The translations under genes and the position numbers were made by a program. From Nitrososphaerota archaeon (GTDB lineage Archaea; Thermoproteota; Nitrososphaeria_A; Caldarchaeales; Calditenuaceae): DNA of 64,000 nucleotides. The notes under the pieces are model-generated. The model was not told the origin of the DNA. It was given only the letters and a program-made list of their open reading frames with translations, and searched no databases. The stretch is taken from positions 1-64,000 of the forward strand of contig JAWBQR010000007.1 in NCBI GenBank assembly GCA_038845265.1. Reading direction: 5' to 3'. Shown here piece after piece: positions 20,368 through 31,030 of this stretch (positions are counted from its first letter, which is position 1; every line of letters begins with the position of its first letter).

Positions 20368-20946
20368 CTACTCTATTCGTTGCTGTTTATTTTTGCTCGT
20401 CTCTATGAGTCTTATCAACATTTCTACTGCTTCTGACGGTGTCCTAGCTGCATGGATCTTTATTCTTTCTCTGTCGTCCATGTACTGTCCTGCATATGTA
20501 TCTGCGGCTCCGCCTGTTCCTACCAGGGAGACGATGGGCTTTCCCTCGATGTAGGCTGCTGCAATTTCTGTTATTGTTCCAGCTCCTCCGCCCACCACGA
20601 TGACTCCGTCTGCGCTATATACATTGATGAAGTTTCTCATATGTCCAATTCCTGTCGCAACGACGGCTGTGCTGTATGGGTTTGCCTCATCGATTTCTTT
20701 TTGCGGAATTATCGAGAGAGTTATTCCTCCGTTCTCGTATGCTCCTCTCGATGCTGCCTCCATTACTCCTCCCAGACCCCCGGTCACGAGTATTGCGCCT
20801 CTCTTAGCTATCTCCGCACCAACTCTGTATGCCGCATCCCTAGCCTCAGATGTGCAGCTGTCCTCATTATAGCCAATCACAAGTATCTGCAATCTCCGTC
20901 TACTAATCCTATGTGCATTTATGTCTCCATGCATATTTTGAGTCAA
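20368..20946 (-). CDS. LOG/SLOG superfamily protein (TIGR00725-like)
   Basis: TGGLGGVMEAASRGA, ATGIGHMRN, GGGAGTITEI. Confidence 0.85.
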   Translation of the reverse strand: MTQNMHGDINAHRISRRRLQILVIGYNEDSCTSEARDAAYRVGAEIAKRGAILVTGGLGGVMEAASRGAYENGGITLSIIPQKEIDEANPYSTAVVATGIGHMRNFINVYSADGVIVVGGGAGTITEIAAAYIEGKPIVSLVGTGGAADTYAGQYMDDRERIKIHAARTPSEAVEMLIRLIETSKNKQQRIE

Positions 20947-21079
20947 GATTCAACAGTTGCATCTGTCTATTTATAGATTCAAATCATAAATTCATCCGTG
21001 GTTAATTAATGAGTAAAGAGCCTGCAGTAGAGGGTTTTTATCTTGGCGGAGAGTTGATGACTTGGTCAAAGGGATCTAA

Positions 21080-22078
21080 ATGGATTATGCGGTTAAAGTC
21101 AATAATCTTGTTAAAGTTTATGATGGAAAAGTGAGAGCCCTTGACGGTGTTGACCTAACTGTCGAGGCGGGGGAGTCCTTCGCGTTGTTAGGTCCTAACG
21201 GTGCTGGCAAGACCACGCTTATGAGAATTTTGACCACGCAGCTAAGGCCGACCTCTGGAGAAGCATACGTATTCGGCTATAACGTTGTCCGCGATGAGGG
21301 AAAAGTTAGAAGACTTATTAGTTATGTCCCTCAGGAGATAAGTGTCTGGACAGATATAAGTGGCTATGAGAACCTACTGATTTATGCAAAAATATTCGGA
21401 ATACCAAGAAATCAGAGAGAGAAGATAATTGATGAAGCGTTGGAAAACATGGGTCTCTCCGATGTGAAGAAAGAACTTGTCAGGACTTATTCAGGAGGAA
21501 TGATAAGGAGGCTCGAAATTGCATGCGCCGTGCTCATAAAGCCGAAAGTCATGTTTTTGGACGAACCAACAATTGGCTTAGATCCCGCGGCTAGGAAGAC
21601 CGTCTGGGAGCGGCTGAAAGTCTTTAAAGAGGAGTACGGCGTCACGATTTTCTTCAATACACATTACATGGATGAAGCCGATATGTATGCTGACAAGATA
21701 GCAATAATTAACCAAGGAAAGATAGTTACGAGGGGGACAAGTAGAGAGCTTAAACAATCATTAGGAGGAGACGTCATAACATTTATCCTTAAAGATGGGG
21801 CTAACAATTCAGGAAAACTTCAAGAGATCAAGAAACTAGAATTTGTGAAGAATTTATTTGTTTATGGGTCTAGCCTGAGTGTAGTTGTAGAGAATGCTGA
21901 GATTGCTCTGCCGAGCCTTCTTAACACCTTGAGAGATATTGGTGCCTCAATTGAGAAGATTTCCATCGCTAAACCGACGTTAGACGATGTTTTTCTAAAA
22001 TATGCTGGGACGCGGCTTGAGGATAAGAGGAGACTTAGCGAGGTTACTCGTGTAAGAGAGATGATAAGAAGGGGATGA
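21080..22078 (+). CDS. ABC-2 (DrrA-like) exporter ATPase
   Basis: GPNGAGKTT, YSGGMIRRLEIA, FLDEPTIGLDP, THYMDEAD, PTLDDVFL. Confidence 0.9.
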   Translation: MDYAVKVNNLVKVYDGKVRALDGVDLTVEAGESFALLGPNGAGKTTLMRILTTQLRPTSGEAYVFGYNVVRDEGKVRRLISYVPQEISVWTDISGYENLLIYAKIFGIPRNQREKIIDEALENMGLSDVKKELVRTYSGGMIRRLEIACAVLIKPKVMFLDEPTIGLDPAARKTVWERLKVFKEEYGVTIFFNTHYMDEADMYADKIAIINQGKIVTRGTSRELKQSLGGDVITFILKDGANNSGKLQEIKKLEFVKNLFVYGSSLSVVVENAEIALPSLLNTLRDIGASIEKISIAKPTLDDVFLKYAGTRLEDKRRLSEVTRVREMIRRG

Positions 22079-22845
22079 GAATCATGAATGCTTTAAAAAA
22101 CATATTGGTTATGATGGAGCTGGAATTAAGGAGACTGCGTCATGACAGAACCGAGATCTATTTCAGAGCTATACAGCCAGTCCTATGGATAGCCATATAT
22201 GGCCCGGTCATGAGTAGCGTCAGAGCAATACCGACGGGCGGCGTGCCTTATACTGATTTCATAACCCCCGGCGTCATGATTCAGACAACAACCTTCGTAA
22301 GTATTTTTTATGGACTCATGATGGTGTGGGAACGTGACTCAGGCATCCTGAAGAAACTACTAGTGACGCCCGCCTCTAGATATTCGATGGTTATTGGGAG
22401 ATCCATGTCCTCTGGAGTAAGGGCCGTATTTCAAGCATTGATAATATTGCCCATAGCTCTTGTAATAGGCGTGAAGTTCATTCCCAGTCCTACCTACTTT
22501 ATCTTAGCCTTTACAATAATTTTCTTTGCGTCAGGAGGGTTCGCTGCAATATCGATACTCGTCGCATCCTTCATGAAGACACGTGAAAGATTCATGGGTA
22601 TCGGCCAGGCCATAATAATGCCTCTCTTCTTTGCCAGTAATGCTCTCTATCCGATACAGCTAATGCCGCCGATTCTAAGAGAACTATCGACATTTAATCC
22701 CCTGAGCTACGTTGTCGACGCCGTAAGGGGACTATTGATAACCGGAGACCTCTCTAATCTCTTGCTCGACATCATAGCGATAATGATCTTTGACATCGTC
22801 ATGTTTATTCTAGCATCCATGAGCTTAAGAAAAATTATTGAGTAA
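22075..22845 (+). CDS. ABC-2 exporter permease
   Basis: DFITPGV, WERDSGILKKLLVTP, NPLSYVVDAVR. Confidence 0.9.
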   Translation: MRIMNALKNILVMMELELRRLRHDRTEIYFRAIQPVLWIAIYGPVMSSVRAIPTGGVPYTDFITPGVMIQTTTFVSIFYGLMMVWERDSGILKKLLVTPASRYSMVIGRSMSSGVRAVFQALIILPIALVIGVKFIPSPTYFILAFTIIFFASGGFAAISILVASFMKTRERFMGIGQAIIMPLFFASNALYPIQLMPPILRELSTFNPLSYVVDAVRGLLITGDLSNLLLDIIAIMIFDIVMFILASMSLRKIIE

Positions 22846-22849
22846 CACG

Positions 22850-23287
22850 TCATGATAGCTTAAATGTGTTTGGGTCGTCGGCTGCCGCTATTATTCTTCC
22901 TCCCCATGGACAGTAGCTCCTAACGGTCTCCAACCAATACTCAAGCTCATTCTCAACAGAGCTGGGAATGCCGTCGCAGAGCTCGATGCTGACCTCAACC
23001 ATCCTAACGGTCTCGGGCTTTAAGTGCCAGCTCCAAGGCTTATTGAAGCCTCCATCACCGCGGGCCAGCTCGCCCATCGGAAACATGTTATTCTTGCCCT
23101 CCATGTTCTCGAGGGCAAGCCTAATTGTCTCTGCATCAGTAACATAAATTACGAATCGTTCACCATGCACATCCACTAAGAAGTACTTTCCACGTGGCCC
23201 CATGTATGGAGCAACAAAATGAACAGCAGCAACAATAATCACTAAGACTAATAACAGTGCAATAATTACTCGTCTACTAATCAACAC
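22850..23287 (-). CDS. Secreted BP74-like protein
   Basis: N-terminal signal; GGFNKPWSWHLKP, IELCDG.PS.VE, YCPW. Confidence 0.65.
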   Translation of the reverse strand: MLISRRVIIALLLVLVIIVAAVHFVAPYMGPRGKYFLVDVHGERFVIYVTDAETIRLALENMEGKNNMFPMGELARGDGGFNKPWSWHLKPETVRMVEVSIELCDGIPSSVENELEYWLETVRSYCPWGGRIIAAADDPNTFKLS

Positions 23288-23336
23288 AGTATATTTTAGT
23301 TTCCGTCAATATATTTGATTTTGTCCGATGTGCCTC

Positions 23337-23843
23337 CTATGCTTTCTTGCTCTTCGACTTAGCCCCTCCTTCCACAATGCCTGCCCTCATTAATAGGAGT
23401 AGAAGCTCGTCGTAGTGTTTCTCTATCTCGGAGAGAGCCTCATCTGGGTCGCTGATGCTCACCATGTACTTACTCTTCCACACGTAGCCACCGTCCCTTA
23501 GATTAAGCCTAGTAAATACACCAACCAATGATGAGTCCAACTCATAATTCACCCACGGAATAATGTATTCGATAAAGCAGTGTCTATATGCCCTTTCATA
23601 TACGTCTCCGTAAAAAGTGTTGAAATATATGTGGAGAGGCTGCTCCCTCACATATGTCTCCCAAGTAGTAAATCGCGAATAATTCGGCGCCCAAGTATCA
23701 TCCCTCAGCTCTAGGTCTTCTAGGGATACTGGGCGTCTCCAGGTACCCGGAAGGAAGCCCCGCAACTCGAGGGCCGGTATTATGCTCCGGTGAATTATTC
23801 CCTGCCTCATGAGCTCTATTCTCTCCCTGAGCGTAAGCCCCAC
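23337..23843 (-). CDS. Hypothetical protein
   Basis: 168-aa ORF filling an intergenic gap with plausible composition; no recognised motif. Confidence 0.55.
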   Translation of the reverse strand: MGLTLRERIELMRQGIIHRSIIPALELRGFLPGTWRRPVSLEDLELRDDTWAPNYSRFTTWETYVREQPLHIYFNTFYGDVYERAYRHCFIEYIIPWVNYELDSSLVGVFTRLNLRDGGYVWKSKYMVSISDPDEALSEIEKHYDELLLLLMRAGIVEGGAKSKSKKA

Positions 23844-24025
23844 GCCTATTCACCGCCTATAAATGCATTCCACCACCAGCCTCCAACAATGAATAAATAT
23901 ACCAAATAACCCTCTACTCATTGTCCCAATAATTATAAATGCCTTATTAAAAAGATTAATCAGCGCTTCCATTTCTCCTGAATGGTAATTTTATAGCCAA
24001 CATAATAACTATCAATAGGTCAGAA

Positions 24026-24724
24026 TTGATAGTGGTTGATAGTAACGAAGCAGCCGAGAGCCAAAAGCTCGTTGAGTCACTCAGAAAAATCACAGAGGTA
24101 GCCATAAGACCACTAGACGCTGGAGATTACTTGATTACTGGGCAGTCCGGACAGGCCTTAATCGAGAGAAAAAGAGTATTTGACTTCCTGAACAGCCTAA
24201 AAGGCAGACTCTGGGACCAATTATCACTACTGAGGACATTTGAGGGAGAGAAGATCCTAATCCTGGAGGGCTATCTGGGACTATATAGGAAGAGCAAGTG
24301 GAACGAGACATCAGTCCTAGCATTGATCGATAGAATAGTCATGGAGTGGGGAATACCAATAATCCCGACCCCAGACACCAGGGCGACACTGACCTACCTC
24401 GCATGGAAGCATAAAAAACTAGGAGAAGAAAAGGAGCTTAAGGAATATCCATTAAGAGTAAGTGGAAAAGAGATGAGTGCAGAGGAACAGGCACTCTACA
24501 CCCTCGAGGGGCTATGCGGACACAAGACCGCCAAGACGCTCCTCACACATTTTGGCACTCTAGGAAAAGTCATAGAATTCTTCAACAACAATCCACTCAC
24601 AATAATAGAGTCGAGGCTAAAAGACGTAAAGGTAGGTGGAAGAAGAATACCGTCAACAACTATTCGAAAAATCTACGAAGTAGTTAGAACAGAGTTTAAG
24701 CCTGAGCAAGAAGGGAAAACGTAA
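24026..24724 (+). CDS. xpf: Short ERCC4/XPF structure-specific endonuclease
   Basis: IVVDSNE, AGDY, IERK...DFLNS..GRLWDQL, C-terminal HhH (G.KTAKTLL.HFGTL). Confidence 0.88.
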   Translation: MIVVDSNEAAESQKLVESLRKITEVAIRPLDAGDYLITGQSGQALIERKRVFDFLNSLKGRLWDQLSLLRTFEGEKILILEGYLGLYRKSKWNETSVLALIDRIVMEWGIPIIPTPDTRATLTYLAWKHKKLGEEKELKEYPLRVSGKEMSAEEQALYTLEGLCGHKTAKTLLTHFGTLGKVIEFFNNNPLTIIESRLKDVKVGGRRIPSTTIRKIYEVVRTEFKPEQEGKT

Positions 24725-24727
24725 TAA

Positions 24728-25777
24728 TCAATCCTGCGTCTCCATACTCAAGACGGTGTATATCTCTGCTAGGGCTGCGGGAGCTGCGAGCTCTGTCGGC
24801 AGCGTTATCTCCGGTGCCAAGTCAATCACCAAGTCTGCTCTCCTATAAATTCCCTTAGGTATGCCTTCCCTTGAGCCGAATAGAAGATTCACTCTACCGC
24901 CACGCGAAAAAATATCCCTGAGTTTATTAACTATGCGTCGAATCTCAACACCCTCAGGCTCAAAGACAATCAATGACTCTCCACTCCTCTCCCTCACCAA
25001 TTGATAAAGGTCTTGGACAAGCACCTTCACTCTCCTTGCAGTTCTCGAATAGCTACGCTTCTGGACCTGATACCTACTCTCGATTCCCTCCTCTATGCCC
25101 TGAAGAAAAACGACAAGCTCCGACGCATCAACCGCTTTGTTCGGAGCTATTACCAGCTCGTCCACCTCGTATGCCTGTACGGCTCTTCCAATCCTGCCTC
25201 CAATCTGCCTCGCACCTTCGGGAGGACCCAAGTAGGGCATCTGAACAATCGAGACCCTGCTGAAGAATGGAAGAGATGACCTCTTATCCCTATCCATCTT
25301 TCTCCACTCAGCCCTTCCGTCAAGAATGCTTATCCCGGCCCTGTCTTGAAGTATCTCAACCTGAACTATCTTGTCGGGATAGTCGAGATTCACAGCCGCA
25401 CCGATGCTCGCAGCGATGCGGGCTCCAACCTTCGCATTAACATCAACGCTTGTAAATTCATGTCTGCCACGCCTAACAGTTCTAACGGCGAAGCTTTCAT
25501 CACGTGAGACTCTTCCCTCCGCCACCCGCACGGCCGCATCTATTATTGCCTCAATCCTTGCCGGCACCACCTCTTCAAACGCGATGACCCTCTCCGCCTC
25601 AAGCACCTCGTCCTCTATTAGCCTCGCAAGCCTATACTTATCGCCGCACTTCTCAATCAGCACTAATCCCTCATATCCATGCGGCCTTGCTACTACTTCT
25701 ACTCCTGCCTCGAGCTCTCTTACCCGCTCGGCAGCTATCTTCTCCAAGCCTAGGGGCGTCTTTACCAGTATCTCCAT
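24728..25777 (-). CDS. THUMP + SPOUT RNA methyltransferase; start trimmed to MEILVKT
   Basis: THUMP (SFAVRTVRRGRHEFTS..VNLDYPD) and SPOUT knot (FGSREGIP...ADLVIDLAP..TLPTE). Confidence 0.8.
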   Translation of the reverse strand: MEILVKTPLGLEKIAAERVRELEAGVEVVARPHGYEGLVLIEKCGDKYRLARLIEDEVLEAERVIAFEEVVPARIEAIIDAAVRVAEGRVSRDESFAVRTVRRGRHEFTSVDVNAKVGARIAASIGAAVNLDYPDKIVQVEILQDRAGISILDGRAEWRKMDRDKRSSLPFFSRVSIVQMPYLGPPEGARQIGGRIGRAVQAYEVDELVIAPNKAVDASELVVFLQGIEEGIESRYQVQKRSYSRTARRVKVLVQDLYQLVRERSGESLIVFEPEGVEIRRIVNKLRDIFSRGGRVNLLFGSREGIPKGIYRRADLVIDLAPEITLPTELAAPAALAEIYTVLSMETQD

Positions 25778-25845
25778 CTCCACTGTCCACCAGTCTCCCC
25801 ATACTTGATAATTCAGATGATGAACACATCTATAAATCATGCAGC

Positions 25846-27027
25846 ATGCCTAAAAGATGGGCCAAAAGTAATATTGAGGAGAAGGACATTATTGATCAGC
25901 CCAAGCACGCCCAAGGTGGAAACTTGTATGAATTAGCCATAATCGGCGGCGGCGTGGCAGGCATATTCTCAGCACTTATGGCCGCACAAAACTCAGTCAG
26001 GACAATAATCATCGATCCAAACAAGCTGGGGGGCGGCGCCACCATTAGGTCGGCGGGAGTCGTTACTCTTCAGCTTGACGAAGAAGACGACGTCAAGCTA
26101 GTCAAGAGAAGCATTGAGCTCATAAAGCAATACTCAAAGAGTTCGTGGCGAGTCACTGGTTTCCTCCAGCTCGGCAGGCCAAACCAGCTCCAAGACAGCA
26201 TAGAATCTATGAGGCGGGCCGGAGTTGAGTTCAAACTGCTTTCCTCATCAGAGATCGAGTCTATTTGGCCAGAAATAATAAGCGATGAGCGATTCATAGG
26301 GATCTATACCAGCGAGGACCTCTCACTAGAGCCTACAATATTCATAGATGAATGTAGGCAATCCTTGCTTGACGCTGGGGTTGAGCTTCTGGAGGATGAA
26401 GGAGTAGTCTCCCTCGATATTAGGGACGGAGAGATTAAGGGCGCCCTGCTAAGCAATGGTAAAGAAGTCAAGGCTGAGCAATATATTCTATCCGCAGGCG
26501 CTTGGACAAGGGAAATTTTATCCAAGCACGGATATGAGCTGATGACTATGATCATTACATGCTATGCATATAGATTTGATATAGGTGAAGAGCTAGGCCT
26601 TCCAAGCTTCTCAGACGAGTGGTTACATTCCTACTGGAGACCCTGGAACACAGAACTGATAGGAGGCGGATACGACGCAGACTTCAGCGAGAAGCCGGAC
26701 ATATCCGACGCCCCGCCTCCGCAGAAATATATACAGAACTCCATAAGACTAATGCAGCGCCGAGTAAGGCTTAAGTCCCCTCCGAGACTTGTCGCGACTC
26801 TCCGCGGACCATGTAGTGTTACGTCTGACATGGAGCCAATCATCGGACACATAGAAGGACTAAGAAACCTAGTCTTGATTGATGGTCTGAGGGGGTATGG
26901 ATTGATGCGGGGCCCAGCGATAGGCGAGCTCGCCGCCAACCTAATATTGAATAAACCAATGTGGCTGAACCTCAAAAGCTATGCCCCGGCCCGAGCAATA
27001 ATCAAAAAAACCCAACACACTACATAA
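25846..27027 (+). CDS. FAD-dependent oxidoreductase (DAO/sarcosine oxidase beta family); start trimmed
   Basis: IIGGGVAG, GATIRSAG, SAGAWT, TSDMEPIIG, GYGLMRGPAIG. Confidence 0.85.
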   Translation: MPKRWAKSNIEEKDIIDQPKHAQGGNLYELAIIGGGVAGIFSALMAAQNSVRTIIIDPNKLGGGATIRSAGVVTLQLDEEDDVKLVKRSIELIKQYSKSSWRVTGFLQLGRPNQLQDSIESMRRAGVEFKLLSSSEIESIWPEIISDERFIGIYTSEDLSLEPTIFIDECRQSLLDAGVELLEDEGVVSLDIRDGEIKGALLSNGKEVKAEQYILSAGAWTREILSKHGYELMTMIITCYAYRFDIGEELGLPSFSDEWLHSYWRPWNTELIGGGYDADFSEKPDISDAPPPQKYIQNSIRLMQRRVRLKSPPRLVATLRGPCSVTSDMEPIIGHIEGLRNLVLIDGLRGYGLMRGPAIGELAANLILNKPMWLNLKSYAPARAIIKKTQHTT

Positions 27028-27031
27028 ACTA

Positions 27032-27544
27032 TTAATGTATAATTTGTTCTGATATTTGTTTAATGATTTTCTCTGCTTCAAGCCTCCCGAGCTCTGAGAG
27101 CCTGTAGATCTTTGCTCCGCTTTGATCAGTTTCTGACAGGAATAGGTCCTTTGTCGGCTTTCTGAAGAACTCCGTGTTTAGCCAAGTCTTAGAGACCTCT
27201 TTACCAATCTCCCTGCTTCGCTGGTTTATCTGTTCTCTACTCATAGGTCCTTCATAATAGAGGAGCAGCAGGACTAAGTCTTTACTGCTCATATCCTTCA
27301 CCCTTGTTAAGAACTCTTGAGGAATACGGCGCTCCCGCATAGGCGCCGCAGTCCTAGCCTGCTCAACTAACCCGAGAATCTCGCCGGCAGAATCAATACT
27401 CTTCTTCAAGACACCGAGAATCATCTCCAAATCACTGCCACTAACAATCAGCTTCACAGCGGGGCTAAGCTGCACCTCAACCGTAACTACAGGCTCATAC
27501 TTCCCGTCAACCAAAACGCTCTTCAACAAAGAAACAAAAACCAA
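27032..27544 (-). CDS. Hypothetical protein with probable C-terminal winged helix
   Basis: LLLLYYEGPMSREQI...YRLSELGRLEAE wHTH-like pattern. Confidence 0.5.
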   Translation of the reverse strand: MVFVSLLKSVLVDGKYEPVVTVEVQLSPAVKLIVSGSDLEMILGVLKKSIDSAGEILGLVEQARTAAPMRERRIPQEFLTRVKDMSSKDLVLLLLYYEGPMSREQINQRSREIGKEVSKTWLNTEFFRKPTKDLFLSETDQSGAKIYRLSELGRLEAEKIIKQISEQIIH

Positions 27545-27579
27545 TTATATAGACCTTTTTATTTTTTCGAAAATTAATC

Positions 27580-28500
27580 TTAAGCCTTTATGGCACCTTT
27601 TGTCAGCCCAGCAATTAGCAATTTTTGGGCTAACAGAGATATCGCAATTGAGGGAACAATAGATATCGCCGCAAGAGCATTTACGGGTCCATAAACAAAT
27701 TGTTCACCAACCTCAAGAGCTGAAGCAAGGATTACTGGCAACGTTCTAATATCATACGATTTTGTTAAAATCATAGCAAAGAAAAACTCACCCCAGGAGA
27801 ACATGAACGACATCACTCCAATTGCGGCTATACCAGGAAGTAAAAGTGGAAATACTATTCTGAAGAGTATCTGTACATTTGTACAACCATCCAATTTTGC
27901 AGCCTCCTCAACCTCTTTGGGAATAGACCATACATAGCCTGTCATGATCCAAATGCTGAACGGCAAGGTATAGAATAAATGAGCCAAAATAATTGCAAGG
28001 TATGTATCAAGAAGCGCTAAATTCTTAAAAAGTATGTAGAGAGGAATGATTATTGCTAGCCCCGGAACCATTCTTACAGCGATAAGGGTCATGAAACTAG
28101 CATTTTTTAATGGAAAAGAAAATCTATTAAATGCATAGCCAGCTAAACTAGCCAAAACAATATTAATAATAGCAATAGAGATTCCTATTAATGAACTATT
28201 AAAAATTGATCTTATGACATATCTTGATACAGCATTCAAAAATTGAGCATATGAAAAAGCTGACCCCGCCTCTGCTGGCAGTTCTGTTGCTTTTCTCAAA
28301 TTAAAGACGATTTCATAATTAAATGTAGTCCAACCCAGCCTAGGAATTAGATTTATCCCTTCAACTGCAAGGTCGGCTTCATACTTGAGACTACTAATTA
28401 TGGTCCACATCATTGGTGCAGTTAAAAATAGAAAGACGAGCAGTGCTAATAGGTATATAATTACGCTTTTTGTTATTTTCTTAATTTTTATTTTATTCAT
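27580..28500 (-). CDS. Carbohydrate ABC transporter permease (MalG-like)
   Basis: EAA loop IPKEVEEAAKLDG, SWGEFFFA. Confidence 0.9.
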   Translation of the reverse strand: MNKIKIKKITKSVIIYLLALLVFLFLTAPMMWTIISSLKYEADLAVEGINLIPRLGWTTFNYEIVFNLRKATELPAEAGSAFSYAQFLNAVSRYVIRSIFNSSLIGISIAIINIVLASLAGYAFNRFSFPLKNASFMTLIAVRMVPGLAIIIPLYILFKNLALLDTYLAIILAHLFYTLPFSIWIMTGYVWSIPKEVEEAAKLDGCTNVQILFRIVFPLLLPGIAAIGVMSFMFSWGEFFFAMILTKSYDIRTLPVILASALEVGEQFVYGPVNALAAISIVPSIAISLLAQKLLIAGLTKGAIKA

Positions 28501-29381
28501 TTTCCTAACACCTCTCTCGTCCCCATAACCCTCATGTAGATTAAGCTTAATGATACTGTGATTATCGCTAGAATGTACGCGATTACGCTTCCAAAATCAA
28601 ACCTTAGATATGAAAATGCTTGTAAATAAATTTGCCATCCAAGTACTGTTGTTGCTCCTGCAGGGCCGCCGTATGTCAATACATAGATCTCGTCAAATAC
28701 TCTAAATGCTTCTATTGTTCGTAATACAAGTAAAACTAAAAATGATGGCTTTATCCAGTACCATGTTACCTGTATGAATGTCTGTAAGGTCCCTGCACCA
28801 TCTATTTTTGCAGACTCAAGGACATCACTTGGCACGATCTGTAGGGCAGCTAATAGCAATAATGCACCGAATGGGACGCCTTTATACACAAATGCGAGTG
28901 CTACGATAAGCCTCGCTAACCACGCATCTGAAAAGAAGGCCTGATACTTGTCTATTATTCCCAAAGTATAGAGGATCGCATTTGCAATGCCATAATTTGG
29001 ATTAAATATCCACTTCCAAATTACACCACCAGCTACTGAAGGTATGGCCCACGGTATAAGTAACACGGCTTGAAGTAGTTTTTTCCCATGAAATTTTTGA
29101 TTAAGAAGCACTGCAATACCCAACGCCAAGAATAGTGAGATCGGCAATGATATACCGACTATAATTAGAGTGTTAATGAATGCAGATCTAAACTCCGGAG
29201 AAGAGAGTACATATAAATAATTATTCAGGCCTACGAAATTCCCAATCGAGGCAGGAGATTTTAGATCCCATTTATGAAATGTTATGTAGAGTGAATGCAT
29301 TATTGGGTAAAAAACTGTGAGTGCTAGAATAATAAATGAAGGTAATATAAATAAAATTGCTGTTTTAGTTTCTGGCCTCAT
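28497..29381 (-). CDS. Carbohydrate ABC transporter permease (MalF-like)
   Basis: FVGLNNY, ESAKIDGA, FDEIYVLTYGGP. Confidence 0.9.
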   Translation of the reverse strand: MRPETKTAILFILPSFIILALTVFYPIMHSLYITFHKWDLKSPASIGNFVGLNNYLYVLSSPEFRSAFINTLIIVGISLPISLFLALGIAVLLNQKFHGKKLLQAVLLIPWAIPSVAGGVIWKWIFNPNYGIANAILYTLGIIDKYQAFFSDAWLARLIVALAFVYKGVPFGALLLLAALQIVPSDVLESAKIDGAGTLQTFIQVTWYWIKPSFLVLLVLRTIEAFRVFDEIYVLTYGGPAGATTVLGWQIYLQAFSYLRFDFGSVIAYILAIITVSLSLIYMRVMGTREVLGK

Positions 29382-29394
29382 GTTATATTATCCT

Positions 29395-30888
29395 TTACTT
29401 TAATGCTCTCCATTTATCAGCAGAGTTCTTTAATGCCTCATCAAGGCTTTTCTGCTTAAGCATTGCTGCCTGCAATTCTGACGTTGTGAATTGCAGCCAT
29501 TCTGCATATCCCGGCTGACCTAGGCCGGATTCTCTCCTAGATAGCTTTAGTTGCTGCAGTTTAAGGTCGGGGTCTGCCCACTTGCTCAGATTAGCCTTAA
29601 CCACGGGGTCCTCATATAGTGGTAGCTGAACAAATCCTAAGCCTGACTCTAGTATCCATCTTTTCATGACTCTGTACTCTCCAACCTTATCCTTTCCTCC
29701 TAAGAATTCTACAAGCTCCCATGCACCATTAAGTACGTCTGCTCCTCTCTTCTTTGCCATCATAGTTATTCCATATAGTCTACAATAGCTGACAGTCTGG
29801 TGCGTTTTTCCAGGCATCAGGCATTGCTTAAAGTTTTCTAATCCAGACCTCGGGAAGTTTCCTGGAGTGTTTAGCAAGAATAAGTTGTATGAATGAACTA
29901 TTTCGCAGAACCCTTTGGGAGGATCTCCTGCAAGTGCCTCGGAGCATTGTTCATGAGTAACCTCAAATCCTTTTACCGATGCAATTCCATGAGTATTGAT
30001 GGCATCCCATAACCACTTCATTGCTTCATAAGCAGGGCTTCCCTTGTCTTCCCAGGTTGGTTCTAGGTCTTCGTTAAAGAGTGAGCCACCTCTGCTGAAG
30101 GTCATTGTCTGCCACAATCTAGTTATTCCCCAGTCTGCGGCTCCTCCAGAGAACCAGAACGGCGTCTCAATACCTAAGTTACGTTTTACCGCTAAACATA
30201 TCTCAGTTACATCGTCCCAATCTTCAGGAGGATTAGAGAATCCCACTTTTTCTAACATTCCATGGTTGTATAAGAAGCCCATAACGTCTCCATAATATGG
30301 CAGACCGTAGAGTTTCCCCTCGAAGGTCATTGCTTCTAGCGCGCCAGGCGAGATTTCCTCTTTATACATCTTAATTTTATCTGATGGTGCTACGTCTTCG
30401 ATTGGTACAAGCCAGCCAGCCGATGCCCAACCTACAAACTCACCATCCCGCACGTAACAGACATCAATTTCTTTCTCACCCGTAAAGTTTGCAACCATCT
30501 GAGCAGTATATCCAGCAGTGGGCAGAACCATAAGCTCAGTTGGATAACCATAGTATGTTGAGAAGAACTTTAGATTTGACTCTACGATATCGGGCCTGTA
30601 GGTCCATGCTGCCAGTGTTAGTTTTGGAAGGGGCTTACCGGGAGCGCCGGCAGTAACTGTCACTGTCTCTCTTTCTTTGACGGTTGTGGTGGACATCTGC
30701 GTCAAAGTAGTCGTCGCCATTCCCACCGTCTCTGTTTTCGTTACTGTTCTTTCTATGGGAGCTTGAACTGTACTAGCGCCGGCAAGATATCCCCCTACAC
30801 CTGCTATAACACCAGAAACCACTACTCCAGTTATTACTTTGCCAGCTGTAGAAAGTGCCTTCCTTCTAGTAATGTTTACTTTTCCCAT
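29395..30888 (-). CDS. Carbohydrate ABC transporter substrate-binding protein, Tat-exported
   Basis: TRRKAL signal, T-rich linker, GKLYGLPY, PPEDWDD. Confidence 0.85.
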   Translation of the reverse strand: MGKVNITRRKALSTAGKVITGVVVSGVIAGVGGYLAGASTVQAPIERTVTKTETVGMATTTLTQMSTTTVKERETVTVTAGAPGKPLPKLTLAAWTYRPDIVESNLKFFSTYYGYPTELMVLPTAGYTAQMVANFTGEKEIDVCYVRDGEFVGWASAGWLVPIEDVAPSDKIKMYKEEISPGALEAMTFEGKLYGLPYYGDVMGFLYNHGMLEKVGFSNPPEDWDDVTEICLAVKRNLGIETPFWFSGGAADWGITRLWQTMTFSRGGSLFNEDLEPTWEDKGSPAYEAMKWLWDAINTHGIASVKGFEVTHEQCSEALAGDPPKGFCEIVHSYNLFLLNTPGNFPRSGLENFKQCLMPGKTHQTVSYCRLYGITMMAKKRGADVLNGAWELVEFLGGKDKVGEYRVMKRWILESGLGFVQLPLYEDPVVKANLSKWADPDLKLQQLKLSRRESGLGQPGYAEWLQFTTSELQAAMLKQKSLDEALKNSADKWRALK

Positions 30889-31030
30889 AGCGCTAAATAT
30901 AGTTAATTTGTTGTATATAAATTTATAAAAATTACATAATCATTAATTTTTATAATTGCGGTCTTTATGGTTTTGTCGCGGTTCTGATTCGGACAAAGCC
31001 AGATATATACTCCTATGGCATGTATTGCTT

